Shown: positions 11,635-27,399 of the stretch, piece by piece
How positions within the stretch are numbered: the first letter of the stretch is position 1
How the letters are laid out: every line of letters begins with the position of its first letter
NCBI GenBank assembly: GCA_025201805.1
Contig: MU619310.1
Location: forward strand, 64,767 to 128,766
DNA length: 64,000 nt
Source of the DNA: Parasitella parasitica NRRL 2501
Lineage: Eukaryota > Fungi > Mucoromycota
Direction of reading: 5' to 3'
Position numbers and translations under genes: made by a program
The notes under the pieces: generated by a model
Database searches by the model: none
Told to the model about the DNA's origin: nothing
Seen by the model: the letters and a program-made list of their open reading frames with translations, nothing else

Positions 11635-12820
11635 CTACTAGCAGCCCTTCCAGTTCTGCCATCGTCACCGCTTTGTTCTCTTTTTCAATGTCCTGCAGGA
11701 TTGCATCAATCGATGTCAGCATTTCGGGCTTGAAGGTTTCATTAGGCACACCCAATTTACCCAGTTTGTAGTAGAATGCCAATGCCTTGAGCTCTTGATC
11801 CTGCGCTAGGTAAGTTGCGAGAATGTGCTGTATTGCGTTTTTTGCCATATCCCATGGAGTCTTTGATGGAGCCCTTTTTAAGAGAAAAAAAAGCAGGTGT
11901 TCTGCCTTTTGGGTATCTTGTTTCTTGCTGGTGGCTGCTAATACTTTGACAGCTTTTATCCACGTGAGGTACTGATGCGAATTCAAAGCTTGCTGGGTTT
12001 GCAGCAGTCTCTGGAAATCTTGGGTTATCTGTGAAATTACGCTCGTGTTCTTTTTGCCAAGTAAATATTCCAGATACTGTGTAAATAGCCCAGGGCCTGG
12101 TTTGAGTGTGTCTGCATGCAGCATCATGTCACGCCACACAAACTCCACGGCATGCGTGTCACTGGCAGCTTGATAATACTTTAGCATGACACTGCAGTCA
12201 AACTGATTTCGCAGCTTTAGAAGAGATAAATGTTGCATTTGCTCCACTAACGGCTTGGCCTGCTGTAGCTGATTCTGTTTTAGATAGGCTTGGATGAGAT
12301 AGGTGTATGATCTGGTGGTGGGTACCATGCCGTTATGCTGGATGGCATCGAGAACGTGCTGCGCCGAGTCCAACGCATCGCTCCATATATAAGCACGGAT
12401 TAGTCTATTGTAGATGGCGACTGTCCTCAGATCAGCACGTGTCATCTCCAATTCCAATTCATGCAATCTCTGCAAGTTCTTTTGTTGCCCTGCTGCGTCC
12501 AGGTCTACTTTCAACTGCTCGATGTGGGCCAGTGAAAGCATGCCTAGTTTGGAAGTTTTCGATGGCAGTGGCTTTGCACTGAAAATAGCATGCTCAATGA
12601 TATTGCTGTACGTTTGAGCACTTTTGCTGGACTGCTCGACTAGCTTCTCACGGAATGAGCTGGTTATGCCAAGATATAGCTTTTTCTCTTCAGCAGGACT
12701 TAGGAATCGTGTAAACCAGCCTGCTGCTTTGCTGCTGAACAGTCTCGAGTCTAGCAGTTGTTTGCTGCCAGTTGCAGAGCAAGCTTTTCTGCTGGATGTA
12801 CGCAAGATGTTGTGTGCCAT
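11624..12820 (-). CDS. Pentatricopeptide-repeat (PPR) protein, probably mitochondrial
   Basis: PPR-like motifs (YNRLIRAY...GMVPTTRSYTYLIQAY). The N-terminus from ATG 12820 is Arg/Ser-rich and presequence-like. Confidence 0.78.
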   Translation of the reverse strand: MAHNILRTSSRKACSATGSKQLLDSRLFSSKAAGWFTRFLSPAEEKKLYLGITSSFREKLVEQSSKSAQTYSNIIEHAIFSAKPLPSKTSKLGMLSLAHIEQLKVDLDAAGQQKNLQRLHELELEMTRADLRTVAIYNRLIRAYIWSDALDSAQHVLDAIQHNGMVPTTRSYTYLIQAYLKQNQLQQAKPLVEQMQHLSLLKLRNQFDCSVMLKYYQAASDTHAVEFVWRDMMLHADTLKPGPGLFTQYLEYLLGKKNTSVISQITQDFQRLLQTQQALNSHQYLTWIKAVKVLAATSKKQDTQKAEHLLFFLLKRAPSKTPWDMAKNAIQHILATYLAQDQELKALAFYYKLGKLGVPNETFKPEMLTSIDAILQDIEKENKAVTMAELEGLLVAKV

Positions 12821-13220
12821 TGTTTGTGTTGAATTAAGGAAAAAAAGTAAAAAACACAGACATGTGAGAAATGGGGGGGGGGTATTCAAGAGGAGCAGAG
12901 AAGTGAAGATGTTGGCGTAAAAAGTGACGTGAATAATCTAATGGTTATTATGGCCTATTATGCATGACATGTCTTGCAGCAGCAAAAGATCCTGTCGTGT
13001 GAAATTGGATCGCTGCATGAAATGACATTCGATATTCTTTTAATCTAATCTCTTTTCCAGCTAATTGTAGGAATTTAGACTTTTATACATGGTGTGTCAT
13101 ACTTGTGTATTGTGTGTGTGTGTGTGTGTGTGAGTCACACGAGATTAAAGGGAATGGAGATTTCCACTCGATTTCCAACATCTCTTTCCCAGTTGGATTA
13201 TTATACGAAACAGAAAAAAA

Positions 13221-14453
13221 ATGACATCCCCGTACGTTCTCAACTTTGGTGCGGGCCCTGCTAAAATGTAAGTTTTTCCCTCTCGCAAGAAGGCTGCGTG
13301 CTGACAATTACATGAAAGCCCTCAGCCTGTCCTCGAGAAAGCCCAAAAAGAATTCCTTAGCGTCAATGGCACCGGCATGTCAGTCATGGAGCTGTCCCAT
13401 CGCTCGAAACCCTTTGGTGCCATTCTCGAAAAGACCAAAAGAGACCTGACTCAACTCATGGACATTCCTCAAGACTATTCGATTTTATTTATGCAAGGAG
13501 GCGCCACGACTGAATTTGCCTCGGTCTTTTACAACTTGGTTGCCAAGAAACAACTAGAGTTGAAAGAAGCGGGAAAAGAGGGCCAAGAAATTGTTGTAGA
13601 TTATTTGGTTACTGGTGCTTGGTCCAACAAAGCAGCCCAAGAAGCCGAGCGTTTAATACCCACAGTGGTTGGCAACCCTGTACGGGTACATCGTGCTTTA
13701 GATGTCAAGAAACTCAATGGCAAATACGGCGCCATCCCCCCACAAAACGAATGGAGTCTGTCAGATCCAAAAGCACACAATGTGGCCTATGTTTACTACT
13801 GTGATAATGAAACCGTGCATGGCGTTGAATTCCAATTTGTGCCAGAGATCGATAGCAGCGTGCCCTTGGTGACCGACGTATCCAGCAACTTTTTATCTCG
13901 CCCTATGGATGTATCTAAGTTTGGCATTGTCTATGGTGGTGCACAAAAGAACTTGGGTCCTGCCGGTGTCACCATTATTGTGATCCGCAATGACCTTTTG
14001 GTAGATCTTGACGTTGGACCTATCCGTCCGCTGATGCTTGATTTCAAAACAGCTGCCGACAATGATTCCATGTACAATACTCCTCCCACATTTGCTATTT
14101 ATATGGTTGGCCTAACTTTGGAATGGCTGCTTGAGCAAGGCGGTTTAGAGGCTATCAATCAAACCAATAACCGTAAATCTGACAAACTGTATGCCTTGAT
14201 CGACGCTTCCAAATTATACAAGAGCCCCGTTGAGCCCCATTGCAGAAGCCATATGAACGTAGTCTTCCGTTTATCATCCGAAGAGTTGGAAAAGGAATTT
14301 TTAAAGGGTGCTGAGGAAAGAAACATGCATCAGCTCAAGGGTCATCGCTCAGTGGGCGGTATCCGTGCCTCTATCTACAATGCCTTACCCGAGGATGATG
14401 TTGACACACTGATAAAATACATGAAAGAGTTTGAACAAGTGCATACTCAATAA
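13221..14453 (+). CDS. SER1: Phosphoserine aminotransferase (intron 13268-13318)
   Basis: NFGAGPA, MELSHRS, NETVHGVEF, PLP-lysine motif GAQKNLGPAG, YNTPP and GHRSVGGIRASIYNA. Confidence 0.97.
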
Positions 14454-15328
14454 ATAATTTCCTCATTATAGAGACCTTGCTAGGGTTGTAAATATTTGAA
14501 ATTTTTACAATATTTTTTTTTTTTTAAAAAAAAAAAAAAAAACTCGTAGCGTTGCCATTTAAAGAAATAGGATTTTGCAACAAACTGTATGAAATGTTGT
14601 AATTTACAAAAATTTGGGTTTAGGTGTTTCCTCTGCGAAAAAGCTAAAGTCAATAGTATGAATCCCTAAAATGAGCAAAACAAAAATTAGTGTAGAAAGA
14701 GGCGTATGGACGGTTCAAGAACACTAGAGCTACTTTAGGCTTACGTAAAGTTTCGACCGCATGGTGTAGCCCACGATGAGCAAATACAACAATGACCAAA
14801 ATAGTTTCAAGACACACGCATTGTTGTCTATGATAGCAGACACCATGTCGAGTACAAGGCATATGGCTTGACCGCATGTTACCAAGTTGTTTTTGGATAT
14901 TGACATGAATCTGATAGTGAAGCGATAAAAAAGATAANNNNNNNNNNNNNNNNNNNNNNNNNNNNNNNNNNNAAAAAAAAAAAAAAAAAAAAAAAAGATC
15001 GAGAGAGCAGACATTTCCATCAGACGTTTGATGTGTCGGAAAACCCTGTTCATACATACACCTCATTTTTTGATGGTATGCACATCAAGACACCAATCAG
15101 GCACAGTAAATGAAAGATTAGAATTCATGTTGCACAGGATGCTAGCAAAAAAGAGAGAGAGACATGTGTAGTGGAGTCAACAGATTACACAATAAAAATG
15201 TCGAAATTATGGCACCCCTTTATCAGCAATCTCTTTTTGTATAATTTTCTTTTTTTTTTTTTGTTTTTTTCCTTTTCCTTTCTTTTTCATCGCCTTTTTT
15301 TTTCTTGTCTTTTTCATTGTAGAAACGT

Positions 15329-18300
15329 ATGGAGCACAGAAGCGCCAACAGCCAGCATGGTATATATTCATACACTGTATAGATGAGGCAGGTACTAAGC
15401 TATCATATAGAAGTAGACCAAACTGCATCGTTATTGTCAACAGTTGACAATGGAATAACGATTACAAAGACAAGGTATACCTTATAATTAGTCCTCTTCT
15501 CTGCCTCCTTTTTTTTTTACTAAGACAAGTGACTAGGAGACAAACCAACAACAACGATGAACTGATTCCAGCTGCCGAGGGGCTCTTGAGATTACGGGAG
15601 GATGATCACCATCATATGGATCACAACGAAGAATCATTGCATAGTTTCAGATTTTCGTCTTCAAACACATTCAGCATCAGAGAAGAGCTACTCCAAAAAA
15701 AGAAGAGGCTGCACGGCACACTGCCTGGCCATTGCACATCAGCAGAGCTAGTCAAAGAAAATAGAGTAAAGACCAAGACTGTCGGTAGTCCTGTATCATC
15801 ATCCGCAAAGACTCACTTTCGTAAAACAACAACTCTTCCTCCACTTGCGGAAATCGCAACGACAACGACAACGACTACGATAATGACAACGACGACGCCA
15901 AAACGATCAATGTCCAATTCCTCTGGCCAGTCTACAAACACAAACGGGTCCACCAAATCCATCAGCACACCGCCTACTACAGAGGACGAATACGAGGAAG
16001 AGGGCGAGGAAGAAGAAGGGGAAGCCTACGTTCCTCATCTACATAACCGCCTCAAACAACAAAACCAAGCCATCCTCACCACCTACGATGATTGGCGCAT
16101 CATTTTGACAAACAGCATAGCGCAAGACGTGCTTGTCAGCCATCTGCACCACAAAATGAACGAAGAGCAAAAGCTGATACTCGTTGGAAAATCAGTCATG
16201 GACTTAATCCAACCTTCTTACCAAAACCGGTTAAAATCTATCATCCTGAAACGAAGGAACGAATTGAAACGGCGTGATGCCGAGAGCAATGGCGGCGGTA
16301 TGGTCCTGGTATGCGGCAATGTGGTAGGTGTGAAACATGCGTATATAAATGAACACTTGACAAACACGGCTTGTATATTAGATACCCATCATCAAACTAG
16401 ACGGCACCAAATCTTCGGCATCCCTTTGGCTGAAGGAAAAAGTCAATGAATCAGGATCTTCGGTGTTTATTTGGATATTCGAAGAGGTGTATGAAAGCTC
16501 AATTACGCTCACTGTGGATCCGCACCAAGGCACCATCCAGTCTATCCTATGTGAGCAAGGAGTGAAAGACTTGTACGACTATAATGCAGACGACATCATT
16601 GGCAAACCACTCACGGCGCTTGTGCCCTCGTTGGATCAGTCGTCGTGGCAGGACAATGTCAATAAACTTCGATTTTTTGCAAGCCAAACCAAGCGAGGAG
16701 CACAATTTCCTATTATCGTAAGATTGCTCGATGAAATCACCGTCCAAATCACATCTATGCCAGTAATTGCTGGTCTCATGACTGTAAGATCGAATGGTAT
16801 AATTGAAGGCTGCAACGATATATTTGTGAAATATTTGTTTGGCTTTTCCCAGCAAGAGCTAGTTTTGAAAAAGAACATTTCTCAGCTTTTACCGCAATTC
16901 CCAACCCTGCTTGGCAACTTGAAGCGAGACGATCTGTTACAGCAAGGCTTGATCATTAACAACATTATTTGTCGAAAACTACTGCCTATTCCTGAGCAAC
17001 AGCAGCCGATGGTGAGCAAACGACTCTTGACGCACACACCCAACAACCAGCCGTTGCCTATTCTTGTGGCCGTCCACAGAGATGGCACTCCGTTCGAGGT
17101 ACAGCTTCAATTAAAGCTTGTAGAAGCGTCCCAGCATGAAGAGTATGCTCTTTGGATATCATTTGACAGAGAAATCGCATTCAAGAGGTTTGGGCATCAC
17201 CATCTTATTTCTCAGGCACCGCCAGAAAAGGAACATAGAAACAACACTCACACCGTAATCATGCCACCTAGTGAAAACAAGAGATCGCCGTCAGTCACGA
17301 GCACATCACATGGCGCACAAGCTGCATCAGAAAATTCTGCAAAAGCTACTGATAATGCGGTCGCCTATTCTGCACAGACCAAATCCACCGGTATTGATGA
17401 CTATGTGATACTGGATAGTCTCGGCCAAGGAGCTTATGGCCTGGTAAAACTGGCCGTAAAGAGATATGACTCGAGTGAGGTAACTTTCCCTATTATTTGG
17501 CTCATCAATGTTTGCAAAGTAAACTAAAAACAATCTAATAGACAAAAGTTGTGATCAAGTATGTTATCAAGTCTCGTATCCTGGTGGACTGTTGGACAAG
17601 AGACCGGAAACTCGGGACAGTGCCAGTTGAAATTCATATACTTCACACCCTTACAAAATTCCCTCATGAGAACCTGGGCGATATGCTGGATTACTTTGAG
17701 GACGAGGACCACTACTATATCGTCATGGGCCTTCATGGTGCTGGCATGGATCTATTCGACTACATCGAACTCAACAGCCATGGCATCCCAGAATCTGAGA
17801 TTCGCCGCATATTCAAACAGATTGCGCTCGCAGTGCGCCATTTACACGATCATAATATTGTGCATCGAGACATCAAAGACGAAAACGTGGTGCTGGATCA
17901 ACAGTGTGGCAGCTTGAGATTGATTGATTTTGGAAGTGCTGCTTACTTGAAGCCTGGCAGAAAATACGAGACGTTTGTGGGCACCTTGGATTATGCAGCT
18001 CCAGAGATACTGCGTGGTCATACATACTCTGGAAAGCCACAGGATGTCTGGGCGCTGGGTATCTTGTTGTTCACGCTTGTGTATCGCGAAAATCCCTTTT
18101 ATGACATTGATGAGATCATGGGTCGAGAATTAAGAATACCATTTGTGCTATCAGAAGGTTTGTTGAATACAATATAATATAATATAATATAATATATATA
18201 TACATATAAAAAGTTACACACTCATCGTTTATTGTGTATTCTATCAAATAGGTTCAGTTGATCTTATCAGTAAAATGCTGGAACGTGATGTAGATAAAAG

Positions 18301-18361
18301 AATTGATATTCACAAGGTGCTGGCACATTCATGGTTGCAAGAAGAAGACACGCAGCCCTAG
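15329..18361 (+). CDS. PAS-domain Ser/Thr kinase (PASK/Psk-like), multi-exon; start approximate
   Basis: PAS-like segments precede a kinase domain with GQGAYGLV, HRDIKDEN, DFG and GTLDYAAPE. ILVDCWTRDRKLGTVPVEI is characteristic of PAS kinases. Confidence 0.88.
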
Positions 18362-18431
18362 TATATGCACATTTGTGTATACCTGTAAAAATATCCATCC
18401 ACAACATACATATATATATATTATAAATAGA

Positions 18432-19138
18432 TTAAAATCCTTTGCCAATGCCGGTTTTTTCGACGATATCCTTCATTAAGCTTTGCTCTTCTTCACATAA
18501 TTCAGGATGAACGTATAACAAAGGCTTGGGCTTGGCCTTCTTTTGTCCAATGCGACCGTTAGCTAATGAGAGATCATTGATCATCCAACTGGTGAAAATG
18601 CGACTTGAAGGTTCAATGTTGTCCAAGGGCACTGTTGTGGCATGGTCTTTGGCAGTGAATGATAGCGTATGGATTGTTAATTCTTTGGGTAACTGTCCTT
18701 GTTCCACTTGCTTGGGGATGGTAATTTTTGTGACATAAGGCGACATGACCCATTGAATCAATCCTGTTGAAGCGGCACTAGTAGCGACAGCTTTCATCCT
18801 TGTAAATCAGTAAAGAAAACAACAACAACAATGGCTGCCATACCTGCACCAACAAGGGCTGCTTTAGCTATAAAGGGGACAGGGACATCAATAGCAAATA
18901 CAAAGGGAGAGATGCCACAGCCAAGGCCTAACGAAGTAATTGAAAATAATTTCAATTTTTTGGCAACGTTGGCCAGGGGTCCTGTATAAATGGTAACTGG
19001 TAGATCTTGTTCTTTTTGTTGAGTGGTGAAATATCTGGTCTTGGAAGTAGCAGATACAATAGCCATCACTCTCAAAGGCGACGGTCTGAAAAGAGAGGTT
19101 CTTTTCAATACATTGCTGGTACTCGAGAGTCTCAGCAT
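18432..19138 (-). CDS. TMEM70/TMEM186-like mitochondrial inner-membrane protein (intron ~18791-18843)
   Basis: Basic presequence, then IYTGPL...KKLKLFSITS, two TM segments and SPYVTKI. Confidence 0.7.
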
Positions 19139-19527
19139 GTTTGAAATGGAGTGAAAGAAGCTTTTTTTTTTTTTTTTNNNNNNNNNNNNNNNNNNNNNNN
19201 NNNNNNNNNNNNNNNNNNNNNNNNNNNNNNNNNNNNNNNNNNNNNNNNNNNNNNNNNNNNNNNNNNNNNNNNNNNNNNNNNNNNNNNNNNNNNNNNNNNN
19301 NNNNNNNNNNNNNNNNNNNNNNNNNNNNNNNNNNNNNNNNNNNNNNNNNNNNNNNNNNNNNNNNNNNNNNNNNNNNNNNNNNNNNNNNNNNNNNNNNNNN
19401 NNNNNNNNNNNNNNNNNNNNNNNNNNNNNNNNNNNNNNNNNNNNNNNNNNNNNNNNNNNNNNNNNNNNNNNNNNNNNNNNNNNNNNNNNNNNNNNNNNNN
19501 NNNNNNNNNNNNNNNNNNNNNNNNNNN

Positions 19528-20288
19528 AAAATATGCAATTCCATGGATTTGCCCATTTATACACCCATATGGAATATCGTCCATGTTTTCGTTTTTGTGT
19601 GGAAGTGCAATAGATGGTGTCTGTACATTTTGGAGAAACAGTTTGGTATCGTTCTGAGCTTTTCAACTGGTCAAGAAAGGCTATAAACTAAGTGATAAGA
19701 GGTGGCTTCAGGACATTAATTCACACTTTTTCAGCATATATTTGATCATAAATGATAGGAGCTAATAGCAAGAGCTTATTTATACATTTCCACCAAATCA
19801 CTGAAATGTGAATTGGATCATTGACTATTATATAGCCAATTCGATTTATTGACGTTGCCAGATTCAATACACAACCACTTATAAACTGGCTAATAATAAC
19901 CTCACAATTTTTACAGTTCGTATTGTTCAACCTGGAATTTATCTGCAGCTGTTCCTTCTAAACCAATCAAGATCTGACGCGGTAACTTCAAAGGAGATAA
20001 TGTAAATTGCATTGTCGCAAACTCATTGCTGTAACTTATAAATATGGATAGTCCAGCGTAATTGTCGTTGCGGTGCAAATATAGTGTTATGGGCACCCTC
20101 AGGATGAAACTATCTGAAATACTTGATTGTTATCATTCCTCATTGAATAACAAAAGATTCAGAAACTTGTGAGTTAACCGTTCTTCATATAACATGTCGA
20201 GTAGTAGCTCTAATGGAATACACAAGGCCAAACATTTCTGGATGCTAGCCGTCTTCTTATTTTTTTCATATAATGGTTTTGCTAGCAT
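19528..20288 (-). CDS. Possible multi-exon hypothetical or degenerate gene, divergent from SEC23 and running into an N gap
   Basis: A series of short minus-strand ORFs separated by GT...AG-bounded segments. No recognisable motif. Confidence 0.25.
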
Positions 20289-20469
20289 GCCTACAAACAG
20301 AGGTAAAGATTGATAGCAGTTTTTCCAAACCCAAAATTTTATAAACTCAAATATCCGCCAACGAAAACTGGCCAAATATTCGTGCTGCTTCCCATTCCCT
20401 CTTTCCTCTTTCCTCTTTCCTCTTTCCTTTTTCCTTTTCCACTCTGCTTCTTTTTACTTTAACATACAG

Positions 20470-23141
<2,672 letters not shown>

Positions 23142-24384
23142 ACGTAAAATGAAGAAGGAATCTCTCTCTCTTTTTGCCTTGCTGGAGATTGACGTTTCTT
23201 CCTTAATATATATATATTTTTTTTTTTATATGCTATCTTCTACATTAAAAAAATCAACAAACTTGACTACTACATATCCCCTTATAATTAAATCCCTCGA
23301 CTCCATAACGCATGTTTTGTTGTTTTGATTTGAACCCAAAAGCAAGCACCCTCTCATTGAATGTCAATTTGACGGGGTTATTTGCATTTAAATCACATTT
23401 TAAGAAGCTTGGAGAAAAAAAGAAAAAAAAAAAAAGACTTTACATTGCCCAGTGGAAATCAAGTAAATGCCTAAATAACCTTATGGATATTTACTTTTTC
23501 ATCCATAGAAAGGCTTTTATTAGATAGCGCCAGCTTTTCGCTATGTTTTGCATGTTTGGCCTTGGTTCTAGTGTTCATTTATCTCGTTTTTTTTAGGCCC
23601 AAGTCTGTCGATCTTATCTCTACATCACCCTGATTAAACAGTGATAAAAGAGTATTTTTGCTTTTTAAAGACTTTTTTTTTTTCTCACACACTCTCTTAT
23701 TGAAACCATATAAAAAGAAGCCATTTTTTCAATTGTTTTCTTTCAAGGAAAATGCTCAAGTCTGTTTAGCAGAAGTTATGAGCAAACGTCTCCTAATAAT
23801 GAAAGTAAAAACAATTTTTGCGCATAGCTTTAGCTAGATACATCGCCGAATAAAATCCAAGTAATGCTCAAATAGCCCTGAGCATGGCGGCATTAATCAG
23901 ACTTAAAACAGGTGTTATTTTGCTTTGTATCAAGACGTATATGCAATTATCTGTGATTTTCATATGAAAATTGCTGATAACTTGTTTTTATTAAAAGTTG
24001 TTTGATCTAGTGTTGTTTCGACTTGAAGTTGGCTTTTACTACATAATTCCCTACAGTAAACAGGGTTATATAGTTGCATCAACTTAAAAGTACAAGTAAA
24101 GCTTGTGGTTATCGTCTTTGAGTCTGTTCGTTGCATTTTACTCAATCACCATAATCTTCATTGAAATATCTTCGAGAGACCAATGGCTAATTGATGTTAA
24201 TTAACTATTTTCCTTTTTTTACGGTGTTAAATTGACTCATGCAAAATCATCATAAGAAGCTATGGCTTTGGAGGGTAGAGTGGAAGAGTGATTGCTGAAG
24301 AATTTCTGACGCAGGCTCTGGTTTTCTTGGCAATCTCTTCAATGATGGTATATTCTGCAGAATATCAACGAGGCAGAGTTTACT

Positions 24385-24446
<62 letters not shown>

Positions 24447-24789
24447 CGTCGGTTATTACCTAAACCTGCATCTGTTTGACCAAAAAGTTCAGTGGATTAC
24501 CATAACTGATGTTGGCGTCTTCTATATGGTCGTATTGCTCGCCATTTGTGTTGGTGTCATTTTGCGTATGACCGATTTTATTAGCCTTTCGAGCGTGCAA
24601 GAAATTTCATCCAACATGGCAATCGATATATATTACTCAGGGGCGCTTTATATCCATCGCGATCCCTTTATACGTTACTGCATACAGTGATAAATTAGCA
24701 AACAACTGATTCAGTTTAACTTTTGCGTGGAATTACAAATTAGTTTTATTTGGAACTGAGATTTAGATATTCCAAATGAAAGAATAGCT

Positions 24790-25416
24790 TTAATTGATGA
24801 TGAGAGCAAGGCAAGCAGCGATAGCAAACATCAAAGCACCAGTGTAAGTCAAAGAATTAGCATTGCTAGGAGACTGAGTGGTAGTGGCAGCTGAGCCTGT
24901 AGTAGAGCCAGAGGATGAGGACGAGCCGTCAGCGTTGATACACATGCTGTTATTCCAGTTGGGAACAATGTCAGCAAGAACAACATCAATACATTGGTAT
25001 AATTCACCATCGCCGCCATTATAAACAATCTGGATAGTAGCATTGGCGCCAGCTTTAGCAGCAGAGTTCTTTGTCAGGTCAAGAGACAAACAGGCGGCTT
25101 GAGGATAGGAACGAGTGCCCGTGGCGACTGCAACATTAGCAGAGTTGTTTGAGAAATCGGCAACGGCAGGCTCGTTCTCAACCAACAAGTTGATCATGTA
25201 AGAGTAAGACGTGTGGCCAGAGTTAATTTCAACAAAACCGTCATTCAAAGGAAATTGCGATCGTGTGCCAACAGAGTCGAAGCCGCCACAGGGAGCAGTA
25301 GGCTCCTTTGTCTCGTCGAAACCTCGAGAATTTGGATAGGACACAGTGTAATGAGCCAACACGCTTTGAACAGAAATCAATGCGACGATAAATGCGATAC
25401 AGAGACGTTGAGACAT
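24790..25416 (-). CDS. Secreted GPI-anchored LPMO-like copper-binding protein (BIM1/X325-like)
   Basis: Signal peptide ends just before His (SVLA-HYTV..P..RG...PCGG). Second His in SGH, GDGELYQCID motif, Ser/Thr linker and hydrophobic GPI signal. Confidence 0.82.
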   Translation of the reverse strand: MSQRLCIAFIVALISVQSVLAHYTVSYPNSRGFDETKEPTAPCGGFDSVGTRSQFPLNDGFVEINSGHTSYSYMINLLVENEPAVADFSNNSANVAVATGTRSYPQAACLSLDLTKNSAAKAGANATIQIVYNGGDGELYQCIDVVLADIVPNWNNSMCINADGSSSSSGSTTGSAATTTQSPSNANSLTYTGALMFAIAACLALIIN

Positions 25417-26140
25417 GTTGGTGCAATGTAGAAAATTTCAGAGGAAAAAAGAAGGTGCGAGTACAGAAAAATACCTGGCTATCAGAAAATAAATGGCGCT
25501 AACTGGAAAATGATTGGCCGTTTGTTAGCAAATATAACTCATTTTTGCTGTACTTTGGGCTATGATTGGACAATAATTTGATACGTCGTACTTATTGCGA
25601 TGCTCTTTTACCATGCGACTTCATCTCAATCTGACATTACTATCTATACATTGGGATTCTATAAAGCAAGCTAAATGCAGAAAGAAAAAACAGATGATTT
25701 TGATTACTTTTTGTAAACAATTTATAAATCGAAATGTCACTTACCCAATAGTCAACATCAAATATGCAGCCCAGCTTCGTAGTATTGATTGTTGTTGATT
25801 GTGTGCATCATGAAAGCAAATTGGCTGTTCAAGTGCTGATTAGTCCGCAAGACTGACTGATCTGACACTTTTTGTTCTTAATCATCGACAGCAATAAAGC
25901 GTCTTTTGCGACCATTAAACGTAAATGACATAGATGACAAGTTATTATTAACAAGATTGAATGTGAAAAATAGTAGTTGATATGTACTTTGTTTAATAGA
26001 ATAAATCGAAAATGTGGAGGTTTACACATGATTTCTAACTTCAGGGCTTTAATAATAAACGAGATTTCCGGTTTGAATCGAACTGTACTCGAGATAAGAT
26101 ATTAACAAGTCAGGACTTTTTTTTTTTTTTTTCAATGTTA

Positions 26141-26275
26141 GTTGGATATGCGCAAAAATAGTCAATATTCAGCGCATGGTTAATAATTTATATTCAAGGC
26201 CGAATGTGGATAAATGTTTTGTTTCTTTACTCGTCAGATGCCAATAGCGACATAACCACAAGAGACTTTAGATGA
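26141..26275 (+). pseudogene. Fragment of a serine-recombinase-like (resolvase-like) gene
   Basis: Translates VGYAQK...NIQRMVNNLYSRPNVDKCFVS. It is an inverted homologue of 37596-37756, including a 50-bp identical core. Confidence 0.6.
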
Positions 26276-26279
26276 CGAG

Positions 26280-27352
26280 CTAGTCACCCCGCCCACTCTG
26301 GCGATTTTTACACCTTTGCTACACTACGGTAAAAGTTGACCTTCGTTTACGCGGCGTCCATCTCGCTCTGCGAGGCTGTCAGTCTCCAAAATAAATGAAA
26401 ATTTATTGGATTTGTACGGTATAAGAGGAAATAGCCGATAAAGGAAGATTTCAGTAAAAACGACATTTTTCGTGCATTCAAGTGGAATTCGTTTTTGCTT
26501 CTCATCCTCAGATTGCTCTATCAGAACTTTTATAAAAGCCAGGAGTTTGGACTCTCGAAAGAGCAACGAATAATGGGCCATGAGGGAATACAGGCTTTGG
26601 AAGGTATAAACCCTCTTTTTGCAAAGTTTGTCAGTGGGCCTTGTTTACAGACATTGAAAAGGTAAGCGTTATGGGAAACTGATGTCTTTGGAAGTTGCTG
26701 GGGGGGACTCATTAAGCGAATTTAAAGAAATTTTCGGAATAAGGACCACATCACCAATTTCCGAACCCGAGATGATTCTTGCAGATATAACAGTTGAGAG
26801 AAGGGCCTCGATAATCAATCTTGTGCCATTACAAAGACCGGTAAATGGGCTAATGTTTCTTAGCAGGGTTAAAGTTTCAGTAGATGAGGAGGAAGACCAC
26901 CAACATCAATGTTGTTCATCATTTCTAGGAGACACTGCACTTGAGCTACCTCAGAAGGACATTTATCAGCGCTACGATATATGACTTCTTGGCCAGGAAT
27001 TTGAGCAAGTATGATATCATTTATGGACATCGGCATTCATTGGTGTCATTACAACTGAGTTAGTGAGTATGTCTACCCAGGGACGGGATATCATATCAGC
27101 ACCGACTGTACCCAAAAGAGAGAGTGTGCATTTCTTAAGAGAATACACGTTGGTACCAGGAATCACCATATCGAATGACATGGGAATATAATCGGTATCA
27201 GCAGCAGGAGCAAAATCATTGCCGTTAAACCTGAATCCTGGAACTTTACCATTACCAACATACAAAAGATAATTGGCAAAAGTCTGCAGTTGATTAGCAA
27301 GCTCATCTGTACTCGTTGGCCTGTTATATCTTTCTTTCTCTACCATCCGCAT
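26280..27352 (-). mobile_element. Helitron relic: C-terminal PIF1-type helicase and probable 3' end
   Basis: Frameshifted FANYLLYVGNG, VMTPMNADV, GLPPHLLKL, LLRNI...GLCNGTRL, QFPI, VALSRV and KNVVFTEIF. A hairpin cgcc-agagtg-ggcg precedes CTAG at 26280-26283. Confidence 0.85.
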
Positions 27353-27399
27353 GAAAGATTATAGCTTGAGATTGGGAAGTCTCAGAATTCACGCATTGT

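Noticed and set aside
13112-13132. (TG)n microsatellite and similar simple repeats
   Set aside because: Ordinary simple sequence repeats.
19132-19686. Long ORFs containing X runs (also near 14938-14972 and 61565-61655)
   Set aside because: Artefacts of translating through assembly gaps.
23960-24620. Poly(A) of ~57 nt with a polylysine ORF; possible degenerate minus-strand gene
   Set aside because: No recognisable protein or TSD. The tract could be an intronic poly(T) or an inflated homopolymer, so the evidence is insufficient.
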